A DNA stretch of 64,000 nt from Octopus vulgaris (lineage: Eukaryota): NCBI GenBank assembly GCA_951406725.2, contig OX597818.1, positions 14,880,001 to 14,944,000 of the forward strand, written 5' to 3'. The notes beneath the pieces are model-generated. The model did not search any database, was not told where the DNA came from, and worked only from the letters and a program-made list of their open reading frames with translations. Position 1 is the stretch's first letter; each line of letters opens with the position of its first letter. The position numbers were made by a program, and so were the translations under genes. Shown here one piece after another: positions 13,095 through 25,212 of the stretch.

Positions 13095-13415
13095 AAAATA
13101 ACTGGAACTCTGTCGGTTATGATGGCAAGGGTTTCAGTTGATCTGATCAGCAGGACAGACTGCTTATGAAATTAACATTCATGCGGCTATGCACTCCACA
13201 GACATGTGTACTTTTAACATAGTTCTCAGGGAGTGACACAAAATGTGTCACGGCTGGCCCTTTGAAATATAGGTACTACTCATTTTTACCAACTGAGTGA
13301 ACTGGAGCAGCATGGAATAAAGTGTCTTGCTCAAGGACATAATGCATTGCCAGGAATTGAACTCACAACCTTATGATAGTGAGCTGCATATCCTAACCAC
13401 CAAGCCACATGCCTT
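13095..13415 (-). mobile_element. OR2-like CORE-SINE
   Basis: Reverse complement resembles 51368-51677 and 62960-63171. Confidence 0.8.
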
Positions 13416-13430
13416 CATAAATACTCTCTC

Positions 13431-13819
13431 TCTCTTTTTACTGGTTTCAGTCATTTGACTGTGGCCATGCTGGAGCACCGCCTTTAGTCAAACAAATCGA
13501 CCCCAGAACTTATTCTTTGTAAGCCTAGTACTTAATCTATCAGTCTCTTTTGCTGAACCGCTAAGTTACGATGCAGCATCGGTTGTCAAGCGATGTTGGT
13601 GGGGGACAAACACAGACACACAAACACACACATATATATATACATATACATATATACGACGGGCTTTTTTTAGTTTCCGTCTACCAAATTCACTCACAAG
13701 GCTTTGGTCAGCCCGAAGCTATAGTAGAAGACACTTGCCCAAGGTGCCACGCAGTGGACTGAACCCAGAATCATGTGGTTGGTAAGCAAGCTACTTACTA
13801 TACAGCCACTCCTGCCCCT
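13431..13819 (-). mobile_element. OR1-like CORE-SINE
   Basis: Same family. Confidence 0.9.
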
Positions 13820-15293
13820 AAATAAAATAGATTAATCAACTAATGTGATCCTAGATTGTCATCATCATCGTCATCATGGTACGCTTTTTTGCAAAACATT
13901 GATGACACTACAACCAAAGTCTTCCCAATTAAATGCAAGTTCTTGCATTGGATGAAGCTATAGCATTACTTCATTCTGACATTCGCATAGTATTTTCTTG
14001 GTTTGCCATTGCTTTCCCCAACTGGAAGGCCATTGGCCCACAGGGAGCTCATCCATTCTTCAACAGGCCTTGTTTCGAGTCCTGCTGGGTATCCAGATAT
14101 TCTTCACATGAGTAGCAAGCTACTCAAGTGGGGGAGCTGGTTTAGTTGGCAACCACTTGAGCATGGAACAGGTAGTAGTGGTTTACTTGGTACCAGTAGA
14201 AGATCTCATCACAGTTTGACAAGGTCCCTAACCTGGTTTGATAACCTTTTTCTTTTTTTTTTCTAAAAAAAAAAATATAAGACACTGATGATTAAGGCTG
14301 AAAAGATTTCTTGATCATTGGCTTGTGTAGTTAGGGCTGAACTTGAGATAAACAACAAGAGTTGAAGAAAGGCAGAAATGGGAAAGCAAGACTTTTCAGT
14401 GATGGTGATGATAGTGTGTGTGTGTGATAGAGAGAAAGCAAGAGAGAGGAGTAGCTTTAATTGTGTCTATGGTAGGTGAATAGGAGTGATGTAGGGATAG
14501 ATTTAGCTAAGTCAAGGTAACATTTAAGTGAAGGTTACCATATTTTTAGAAGCATTAGCAAGGCATAAGAAGAATAGAGAGAAAATACAGACAGCCATAT
14601 AGATATCATTTAGATTTGGTGGAGTGACGTACACAAACGTGTTCATATTTGACATTGTCACACACACACACACACATTCACATTAGCATAAGAGACATGA
14701 ATATCTAGCAACTTACATGCTAGATTGATTCACACCTAGAGCTGACACAATATAAATAACTCATTTTATAACTCAGGGTAATATCACTCACATAGACACT
14801 TCTTTTTCTTTTTGTTGACAATATGTATTATTGCAAACAGATATATTTCTTATAAACACTGTCATTTGAGAATGATAGATGTATGTTATGAATCTCACTC
14901 TGAACCAAACCTGGAATTGAGTTTCCTGTTGGAAAGAACCTAGGCACAGGCAAGGCTGTGTGGTAAGAAATTTGCCTACCAACCTCATGTTTCTTGGTTC
15001 AGTCCCACTGCATGGCACCTTGGGCAAGTGACTTCTACTATAGCCTCAGACCAACCAAAGCCTTGTGGGTAGATTTGGTAGATGGAAACGGAAGAAGTTC
15101 ATTATATATATATATATATATATATATATAGGTTAGTTGAGTTAGAGGTTAAGATAACCATCTAAGGGATAGAAGTATCCATTACGGTATATTACCTATA
15201 TTTAACCATGTTCATACGTATGCAAATATATTATGTTCATAAGTTATATGTAAAGACAAGGATAAACATGGGTTTATCAGGAATCAAAATTTA

Positions 15294-15807
15294 AAGAAAA
15301 CAGACAATGGAGAAGTACTAATTAACAACAATTGACTTACATCAATTATTATTTATTAATTCAATGCAAATAGATTGCATCCTTTTAACAGTTGTTTCTG
15401 CTTCTAATGTTATATGGTATTGCCATTGATATTCAAAATATGTAAAAATATTAATCATATTTGATAATAAAATCAGTCTGAAACAAGGAGCTTCATCAGA
15501 TTTTAAGAATAGATAGAGAGAAGAGAAAAAGGGTAAAGTTGAATATGGTTGTAATCATACCATTTTGCTTGTGTGTCTCTTTAGGCTGTTAAGTAAAAGA
15601 CTCTATATTTATTCCTCACTCTGATGAAGCTCCTTGCTTCAGATCGGTTTTATTACCAAATATGATTAATATTTTGCAATACCATGTAACATTGGAAGCA
15701 GAAACAGCTGTTAGATGAGATGCAGTCTATATGCATTGAATTAATAAATAATAATTGATGTAAGTCTATTGTTGTTAATCAGTACTTCTCCATTTTCTGT
15801 TTTCTTC
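15294..15807. repeat. Diverged inverted repeat, arms about 210-230 bp
   Basis: 15294-15520 is the reverse complement of 15600-15807 with substitutions and one indel of about 20 bp. Confidence 0.9.
15615..15719 (+). ncRNA. Type I hammerhead-like motif with long stem II insertion
   Basis: CUCACU CUGAUGA AGCUCC...GGAAGCA GAAACAGCUGUU AGAUGAG; intact core, palindromic stem III; mirror copy on minus at 15387-15499. Confidence 0.55.
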
Positions 15808-15905
15808 ATATATTTCCTTCCGGTCTTTCAAAATATGATCTCGTGTGTACCGTTGGCGATTTTTTTTCCTCTGTCTTCTCTTCTCTGGATCTTTCCTTCT
15901 CCTTT

Positions 15906-15940
15906 GTTTCCGATGAAGAGCTCCGCTCAAAACGTTAAAC
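15906..15940 (+). ncRNA. Minimal hammerhead-like motif (degenerate) in a PLE-type repeat (approx 15835-16035)
   Basis: GUUU CCGAUGA A GAGC-UCC-GCUC AAAAC GUU AAAC; stems pair, two core deviations. Confidence 0.55.
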
Positions 15941-16029
15941 CCTCCTTCTTTCCTCAGCGTCCAATAATACTATATTTGTTCCACGTCCTCGCGTTGTTGT
16001 GTTTTTTTTGTGCTTTCTTGTTTGGATTA

Positions 16030-16083
<54 letters not shown>

Positions 16084-16255
16084 AGCAGAGTGAGCAGTTA
16101 TAACTGACTAAGAGATAAAATATTCAAATATACTATTGGTATCCGTTCCCCATGTTATTTCTGGGCATGGATATGCAGGAACACTATGCTCATAGGGTAC
16201 AGGTAACTACAGAATAAATAAAAGTTTATCAGGAAACAAATATAAATAATCAGAA

Positions 16256-16446
16256 AATGGAGAAAACCTCAGATCAAGAAGCACATCAATTGGACCCCAT
16301 TTATAGCTTATTATTTAATACAAAACATGGCATTACATTTATGTGACATAACATTTAAATCATATGTTATGCCATGTTTTGTATTAAATAATAGGCTATA
16401 AATGTGGCCCAATTGATGCACTTGTTGATCTGAGGTTTTCTCCATT
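16256..16446. repeat. Inverted repeat, arms about 83 bp
   Basis: AATGGAGAAAACCTCAGATCAA... vs ...TTGATCTGAGGTTTTCTCCATT, spacer about 25 bp. Confidence 0.9.
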
Positions 16447-16467
16447 ACCTTATTAATATATATATAT

Positions 16468-16690
16468 ATCATCATCATCATCGTTTAACGTCCGTTTTCC
16501 GCGCTAGCACGGGTTGGACGGTTTGACCGGGGTCTGGGGAGCAGGGACTGCCCCAGGCTCCAGTCTGATCTGGCAGTTTTTCTACAGCTGGATGCCCTTC
16601 CTAACGCCAACCACTCCGCGAGTGTAGTGGGTGCTTTTTACGTGCCACCTGCACAGGTGCCAGAGGGGTCTGGCATCGGCCACGATCGGT
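16468..16690 (-). mobile_element. RTE-related non-autonomous element (Ceph-domain-like) with (GAT)n tail
   Basis: Minus strand GTGGTTGGCGTTAGGAAGGGCATCCAGC...GGACGTTAAACGATGATGAT; other copies at 36505-36690(+), 37855-38065(+), 40860-41045(+), 53825-54030(-). Confidence 0.8.
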
Positions 16691-17490
16691 TATTGCCTTT
16701 TTTCGTTGCATTGTGGCAGGGGGGGAGGGTTCCGGCAGAGAGGAGAGAGGGAGAGAGAGTGGTGGGGGGTGCATGTAATATAGGGGAGCACCAGTGGGGA
16801 AGGTTTGGGGTAAAGAGAAACGATGACAGGTCGGGTTGGTGGCAGGTTCTAGACAGAATGAAAAGTAGGAAGTAAAACGTAGGATATCAAGAGTGGGGGA
16901 GGGGGCTGGAAGGAGATAGCCGGTTGAGGCAGTGACACATTTCAAAACAAGAGGAACATAAGATAACAGGTTAAGTGGGACGTTTGATGAGCTGCAGCGC
17001 TAGCTGCTTCTGTCCAGGGTGAGAGAGGCAGGGGTAAAATACATAATGAGAAAGTATATTGAGGAGGAGGGGTAGGAGGAACAGACACACGTAGTGGTGG
17101 CAGTGGTAGAGGGGTTATCCGGTGAGGATGGTGTAAACAGAGTGTTCTCCGGTATGGGAGGTGGGGGTGGGAGGGCGGGCGAACCGCGAACGAATGGCGG
17201 GCTGCGAAGATTTTGATTGGGGACAGTAGACTTAAAACAATCGGGGTTTGAAGACATGAACAGAGTAACGAACAAATTAACTTGGTACCGAGGGGATAAA
17301 CAAATTAAAGGGTTATATTTTAAGAACAAGCAGAATTAGTGAATAGATTCGAACATTTAAGGGTTAGCAGCAAATGTATGTGTGTAGTACAAGAGTCAGG
17401 AAGAAATGAAATGAGAATTCTTAGCTTGCTTGCTATGATCATCGCTGTGTGGTCAAGAAGGGGTGAATGAAAGATAAGCACACGAGGTGA
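16690..17490 (-). mobile_element. Possible old Penelope-like fragment
   Basis: Purine-rich on +; minus-strand frameshifted PS*FVRYS..SNPDCFKS..LRS..FVRG resembles the PLE thumb region. Weak. Confidence 0.3.
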
Positions 17491-18459
17491 TTATGTATAT
17501 ATATATGTATGTATATGTTTGTGTTTGACCCTCTGCCATTGCTTTACAACCAATGCTGGTGTGTTTATGTTCCCTTAACTTAGCAGTTCAGCAAAAAGTA
17601 CTGATAGAATAAGTACTAGGCTTACAAAAAGTAAGTCCTGGGGTTGATTTATTTGACTAACATCTTTCAAGGTGGTGCTCCAGCATGGCCACAGTCAAAT
17701 GACTGAAACAAGTAAAAGAATAACAGAATCACATTAACATTTTTACATTAAGTTAAATGGATTTACTAACGAATGATATCTCTTCATAACTGAGTGGTTC
17801 AACAAAAGAGACTGACAGTATGTTACTAGACTTCAAAAAAAAAAAGAAGAAAAAAGGTCAATTTGTTTGACTAAACCCTTCAGGATGTTGGCCCAGCATG
17901 GTCACAATCCAGTAACTGAAACATAAAAATGAAAAGGAATAAAGATCTATTGTCTGTTCCATGCTATCCATACATTTTGTTCTATATATATACAAAAGAA
18001 TAAATACTAAATAGAGTGAATGGGTATGCAGAAAGAAATGTTAAGAGAATACTACTTTATGCAGTTGCTGTAATGAAGACACTTGTTCAAGGTGGAAGTG
18101 GGATGGGGACTGAAGCCACGTGGTTTGCAAAGTGAACTTCGTAACTACACAGTCTTACCTGTGCTTACATTTTTCTCTTACCTGTGGTTACATTCTTGTC
18201 TTACCTGTGCCTACATTCTTCTTAAATATTCACACCTTCAGAAAGTTTATAGTCTACAGCTTCTAAAATTCATGCAAATATCTTAACATGCTGTGACTTA
18301 ATAGCAAACAACTGTAATATTGTGGAGTAGTGGGTGTTGTATGTACATGAAGGATCATGTTTATAGCAGGGTCAGTAAGGACTATTGAAATATAAAAAAA
18401 AAGTCTATAAGTAGGAAAGGGTAACATTTTTGTTTTTGTTATATGACTCTTACAGGTTA

Positions 18460-19085
18460 GGCAACAAGCTGGCAAAATTGTTAGCACACCAGACAAAATG
18501 CTTAGGAGCATTATTGCATGTCTGGGTTCTGAGCTCAAATTCCACCGAGTTCAGTGTTGCCTTTCAGGGTCGATAAAATAAGTACCAGTCAAGTACTGGG
18601 ATCAATGTAATTGACTTTTCCCTCCCTTCAAAAACTACTGACCCCATGCCAAAATTTTAGGTCAAAGCAGTGAGCTGGAAAAATCATTAGCACGCCAGGG
18701 AAAATGTTTAGTGGCATTTCATTCATCTTTACATTCTGAGTTCAAATTCTGCTGAGTCAGCTTTGCTTTCATCCTTTCAAGGCCAATAAAATAAGTACCA
18801 GTCAAGCAGTGGGGTCAACTTAATCAACTATACCACTCTCCCAAAATTTCAGGCCTTGAGCCTAAAATAGAAAGGTGTATGTAATTCTAACAAGATGGTG
18901 AGCTGGAAGAATTGTTAGAGCATCTGAAAAATATTTTGTGGTATTTCTTCTGACCCAGAGTTCAAAATCTTCCTGGGTACCAACTTTACCTTTCATGCTT
19001 TTGGGGGTTTGATAAAATAAAGTGCCAGTGAAGTATTGATCTAATCTTTTTCCCTTAAAATTGTTGGTCTTATGCCTAAATTGGG
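18460..19085 (+). mobile_element. Three tandem diverged Nin/Deu-domain SINEs
   Basis: Three head-to-tail units of about 200 bp, each with GCTGG.A.AAT..TTAG head and AAAATAAGT.CCAGT. Confidence 0.8.
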
Positions 19086-21067
19086 AGCTATTATTATTTA
19101 AATCATAAATTCATGTAATAATTTATCTATTTAAGTCTCTCAGTCCTGTTAGGTAATAGAAATTTTGACAGGAGAAATGCAATAATTTCAGTAACTATTC
19201 TTTATTCTTTTTATAATCTCTGTCATTGGACTACTGCTATGCCAAAGAATCATCTTCAAAGGTTTCAGTTGCTTATAAAGCTCCAAATATTTTGTCTGGT
19301 ACTTTTGTCAATTTGTAAAGGACATAAATAACTCAGATGAAACTGAATATTACCAGGTATTTTAGTTCACAGTATCACCTCTATTTCCCATGGAATTTTA
19401 TTAATTCCCATTGGTATGAAAAAATAAAGTTTTTGAATGCCAAATTTAAGCATAGTATTCTAACAAAAAATGAATACTTTATAGGCAGGCACCAACTTAG
19501 ATACTCCTAGGGAGATACTGAGCTAATTACTCCAAAGGCACCACCATGTTAGATACTGTTGAGTAGAGGTAGGTTTCCAAACTGTATCACAACACTTTAG
19601 AGTATTGCTAACAATCTCTAGGTGTGATATGAAATTAAGCCAAATCAAAGAAATTTATACAATTAGTTTGACATTAAAGTATATCTGACATTTGACAACT
19701 CTGCATACAATTAGATATTTGGCAATTTTCCATACAACTAGAAATGGTATCTAATGGTTTATTAAAAGTGCTAATTTCATATCACAAAGAAAATTTGATG
19801 TGTCATAAAATGTTTTAGTTTTAAAAAGTGTGTCACCATTATGTAAAGTTTAGAAAGTATTGCTCTAAAGAATATTTCATTTGTTTGTTATTAGAATCAA
19901 CTTGTCCATCAATTCTAACTAATGAGTGAACCTTTATGCAGTCACCTTGCATACACCTCCAAATGACATTTGAAAAAGAACATGTTGAATAAAGTAGTTG
20001 TAGGTGAACTTTGTGTCATGAGAAAAAGAGTTTGTCTGGAATTCTTGTGATTAAAGGTCTGCTCTATCAAGGCTGGCTTGGAGCTAAGCAAGTGACCCAC
20101 TGTCAATTAAACCGAACCAAACCTGCTATGGTTCTGTCCTATCAGAATCATCATTGACTGGATAACAGAATACACATACATAGATGCAGTAGAGCCAAAT
20201 GGTTATGAAGTTTGTTATGCAATCACAAGGGCCCAGGTTCAATCCCACTGCATGGTATCTTAGGCAAGTGTCTTTTATTATAGCTTCAAGTTAATGCAAA
20301 TCTTGTGAGTGAAATTGGTTAGACAGAAATTGTATAGTAAACAAGAAGATGGATTGGACTTGTAATTCGAAGAGTCAGATCTATTAAGTACTATGTCACA
20401 CTGATTCTGCTTGAGGATCTGTTAAAGTACATGTGTCTATGGAATACTTGGCCACATATATGCAATTGAGCAGGTAGTTCAGTTGATTGAAGTACTGAAT
20501 ATCTGTTGCTGAAATCAATGGAGATCCACTGACTTTGTGTACACCTACATATGTGCATACTCACTCTCTCTCTCTCTCTAGCTCTCTCTCTCTCCCTCTC
20601 TCTCTCACACACAACCAGAGCTAATAGTCAAGTGGAAGAAGCTGTTTATTGTTTTTTTCTGATATACAAGTCAATATAATATGTAACATAAACATTTAGA
20701 TATTGTCACTATCTTTCCAAATCTTGCTTCATTTCACATAAAATTTTTAGGCCTTCCAAAGTTGTTATTGGTGCATAAGTCTACCTTCCCTTTTTTTTTT
20801 CTCTTTTTTTTCCTGTAAATTTTGGTCTGAAAATTTCGACTGAAAATAGATTAACATTCTAGACCTTCATTCTGTCGTTGTTGACCATAGGATTCTCTAC
20901 TTCAATAGTTCCTGTCAAAGGCATAACCTGGGTAAAATACTTTAGTGGAAGACTGGCTATTGCTCTATGTATACAAGTCTCCTCTTTTCATGTCAATGAT
21001 GTTGCTCAAAAGGAAGCCAAGACTGATACAGTTTGGTAGCAATACCAATGTAGATGTTACCATTACC

Positions 21068-21450
21068 TTTTACTTGTTTCAGTCACTAGATTGTGGCCAT
21101 GCTGGAGCACCACCTTGAAGAATTTGTAGTTGATCAACCCCAGTACTTATTTTCTTTTTAAGCCTGGTACTTATTCTATTGGTCACTTTTGCCAAACTGC
21201 TAAGTGATGGGGATGTAAACATACCAACACTGGTTGTCAAGCAGTGGTGGGGGACAAATACAAGCACAAAGACATACACACACATATTTATACACATTGA
21301 CAGGCTTCTTTCTGTTTCCATCTACCAAATCCACTCACAAACTTTGGTTGGCCTGAGGCTATAGCAGGAGAGTCTTGCCCAAGGTGCCACACAGTGGGAC
21401 TGAACCCAGAACTGTGTGGTTGGGAAGTGAACTTCTTACTCAGCCATGCC
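21068..21450 (-). mobile_element. OR1-like CORE-SINE, diverged
   Basis: Same family. Confidence 0.85.
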
Positions 21451-24400
21451 TGAATAGATGTCATAAAGTATCCTTTCTGACACATTAACATTTATGAAAT
21501 TAAGTGACATTAGCAGGTTTTGAACCTACAAAATAAAATAAAGAAACTAGGACAAATACATCAAAGCTTTCAATTTAATGCTCTAATAACTCTGCCAATT
21601 CACCTTAACAATAACTGTGATAAATATTGTAGAGGTATTGGTTGTAGTTATGGTAGTGGTAGAGCTGATGTTTAATTCCAGGATGTCCATTATTGATCTA
21701 GGAGCACATCTTTGGTTAAAAGCAGTAAGTCGAATGAGAAATGATTTGAACCATAATAACCTACCTGCTTAGAAAGCAGTTGTAAAATTTATGATATTTC
21801 TAGGAAAACATTATCCAATGTGTGTGTGTATTTATTTTTAAGGACGGTAGGATGTGTGTAATTGGAGGGAGATTACCTGCTACTTCTATCAGGAGGTGCA
21901 ACCACATACAGGCTTGCTTGTTGGTTTTAGTGTAGAGATGTTGTTAGTTGATGATTGTAATGGAAGTAGTTGTGGTAGCAGTAGTGGTGGTGGTGGTGGT
22001 GATGGCAGCATTATTGTTGGTTGTGAAAACAAGTGACTAAAACACTTCCTTACAATGTCTTTTGGAAGCTGAAATGTAATCTTAAAAGAAAAATTGAAAA
22101 AAAAAAAAAAATAGGATCAGACAAAACTAAACAAATAAATAAAACGAAAATGAAATCCATTGCCCTTCCTCTTGCTCCTATTCTCTCATGTGGCTGGTGG
22201 ATGAAGTTGAAAGGCTGAAGTAAGACGATAATATGTCATTAAAAAACTAACTGATCCCTTCCTCTACCTTCCTTAATCCTATTGTGTTTCATCTTTTATG
22301 CCAATATCTTTCCAGTTAGTCTGTCAATTGTTGTATTGTGACCATACTACATTGGTCCTTCATTAATTAGTTGCTTTGCTTGATACTCAACTGATGTTTA
22401 TCATATTTTTGCTATCTTTTCTATTGGGTCAGCTAAATACTTTGGTGGTGTCCACCGGTCTGGACACTAGGGTTTGTTGTTCTTTATGTTCATTTTTTTT
22501 TTTACTTATAGCTTCTATATTCTCTGTTTTTCATTCATGGCTTGATTATATGCATAAGCCCTTTTGTTATTACTTTTTTTTTTTGTAAAGTAATCATAAA
22601 CATTATGATTACTTTGGTGCCAGTCAGTCTGTGTTGAGGATTTATTTTTCTTTAGAAAATATTCAGACACTTTAGTCCAGCTGTTTTATTCAGACTCCTT
22701 CAGGGCTTCTGTATTTTCATGTGACTCTATTTATATTACCTTAAGAAAAATTTTTGATATAAATAAAAACAATTTTCTATAAAAAAAAAAAGAAAAGAAA
22801 AAGAAAGAAAGAAAGAAAAAAACCCAGCAATTAAGTGTTTTAGCCTTTCGGTTTACTTTTCTCATTTGAGTCCCATGTCATCTGAAATCTGTGAATCCCA
22901 ACATAAATAGGTAAAATAAAAAAAAATTCTCAGGGAAAAATGCCAGAAAAATCATAGGTCAAATGAAAAAGTTTCAGTACACACACACACACACACATCT
23001 TTTAAAAAAAGAACAGTTTTCGATAAGGTATTGGGATATAACATGATTTTTTTCACATATGTACAATGTCATTCATAGAAAATGTATGTTGCTATTGTAT
23101 ACAATTTTTTAATTGTCACCTATTAAAGCACAAAATATTTCTTTAATTACTATATGACTGGTGCAATGCATGGAATATCTTGGTGCACTGAAGATTTTTA
23201 AAAGTATAACTTTAGGCTTTTTTTTTTCAATCCCTTTTAATTTTAAAACAAATATCTGTGCAAAGGCACCAGTATTTCTGTCATTTGATCTCCAGTGCAT
23301 TACCAATTAAAAATGACTGAAAAACACTGCTTTCCAATAACGAAATATCAACTTTTTTTTCCTGTGATTTTTATTTCCATTCACCCCTCAGCATTTGGTA
23401 GTATTTGTCAAATTCAGTCATCTAATCTACTTTAATCTTATCTGTCTTCTCCTGTGTAAATCTTCAGTTTCATTCTTTTTTTGTATATTAAAAGCAGTTG
23501 CTTTCTACCTATCAAAGTTAATCTCTATACCTTTTGATACTGACTCAGTAATTCTCATAATCCACTAAATCCCTCCTATAGTGCCATGTTTTACTCTTGT
23601 TTTCTCAACAATAAGGTTGATTCATTCTCTGTTTGTTCAATTTTCATCTCTGTACCAGTATTTTCACACTTAAAAATTTTTTTTACATTGTATTCTGTAC
23701 TTTTGTCTGTTTATTTTTTTTATTTTTCACCTTCCAAGGAAAATTGGCCAACTTGAAAGAATTAGTAATGTTTTCTATATCCTACCAGTTATCCTTCCCT
23801 CCCTCTGCCCCCCCCCCCCAACCATATATATATATATATATACAGACTTGCACATATGTATCATCATCATTTAACATTCATTTTCCATGCTAGCACAGAC
23901 TGGATGATTTTATCAGAGCTGGTAAGGCCAGCCCCTGGCCTTACCAGCTCTAATAAAATCATCAGACAATACCAGCTCTATTGTCTGTTCTGGTATGGTT
24001 TTGTAATGCCAAACACTCCATAGAGTGTACTGGGTACTTTTTATGTGGCACCAGCATTGGTATCTATCCTGCTTTGGTCGACTGATCTTCTTGAGTAGAG
24101 CAGTGTGCCAGAGTGGATTTGGTAGACAGAACCACAAAGAAGCCCATCATGTATGTGTCTGTGTTTGTCACCATAACAGCACATTTTGGCAAAGAGACCC
24201 ACAAAAAAAAGTGCCAGACTTAAAAAAAAAGTACTGGGGTCAATTTGTACTAGTAAAATTCTTCAAGGTAGTGTCCCAGCATGGCCACAATCTAATGACT
24301 GAAATCAGTAAAGGATAACAGATAAAAGATGCATTCTTGGAGATATATGTGTTGCTTTCTGGTAGTGTTCCCACCAAAGGATGTACCACATTTGTTTCAG

Positions 24401-24608
24401 ACCACTTCATATGCTACTTAAGCCCTTGAACACATGTTGTTGATGGGGAAATTGGGCAGTGAGCAACCCCTCCACCATTGCTATTTGTAGTTTGATCTCA
24501 GAACAGTAACTTCTGCACCATCTGCATGTTCAGAACCTCCTTGCAGATCGCTCAGTGGATTGCAGTAATATTTCTGTTACCAAAGTGAGGTAGTTCTAAG
24601 AAGTACTG

Positions 24609-24746
24609 GGTGCTTTTTACATGGGACCATCACCATTCCTTTGTATGTGGCACCATCACCAGTGCTTTTTATGTGGAACCATCACCGGAGCTTTTTACAT
24701 GGCACCATCATCAGTGTGTTTTATGTAGCATCAGCACCAGTGCTTT
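24609..24746. repeat. 26-bp minisatellite, about 5 units
   Basis: GTGCTTTTTAYRTGGCACCATCACCA units; related array at 10460-10585. Confidence 0.85.
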
Positions 24747-24994
24747 GAACCTTCTTATGATGTTTACTAACATCGCAGTTATTGATATACTGTTGTTTGG
24801 TGAAAGATGCTGGATAGCCACTGTCTTGCAGGATCTTGCAGAACCATTTGATTTTAAGAGCTTAGTCTGTTATGTTACTGCACCTGTTGCTTGTATGTAA
24901 AATTTTGTTTCATACAAAAGTGGCTTTAGCTCTGGTGGTAAGGACCAACTTGCTTCCTGCTGGTTACTTTCAAACAGATGTTGGTATAATTTAA

Positions 24995-25212
24995 GGTGGC
25001 GAACTGGCAGAAACGTTAGCACGCCAGGTGAAATGCTTAGTGGTATTTCGTCTGCTGCTACGTTCTGAGTTCAAATTCTGCCGAGGTCGACTTTGCCGTT
25101 CATCCTTTCGGGGTCAATTAAATAAGTACCAGTCACACACTGGGGTCGATATAATCGACTTAATCCATTTGTCTGTCCTTGTGTCTAGCCCCTTGTGGGC
25201 AGTAAAGAAATA
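24995..25212 (+). mobile_element. Nin/Deu-domain tRNA-SINE
   Basis: GGCGAACTGGCAGAA head, GAGTTCAAATTC B box, TTCATCCTTTCGGGGTC..AAATAAGTACCAG domain; further copies listed separately and at 42047-42258(-), 42796-43010(+), 50411-50624(-). Confidence 0.85.

Larger units (their letters stand above)
14945..17725 (+). mobile_element. OR1-like SINE halves (head 14945-15100, tail 17515-17725) separated by about 2.4 kb of nested insertions
   Basis: Head ends at the central (TA)n; the matching tail resumes after a microsatellite at about 17495. Confidence 0.65.

Noticed and set aside
20391-20612. Minus-strand ORF in apparently unique DNA
   Set aside because: Largely a decayed SINE tail plus (TC)n.
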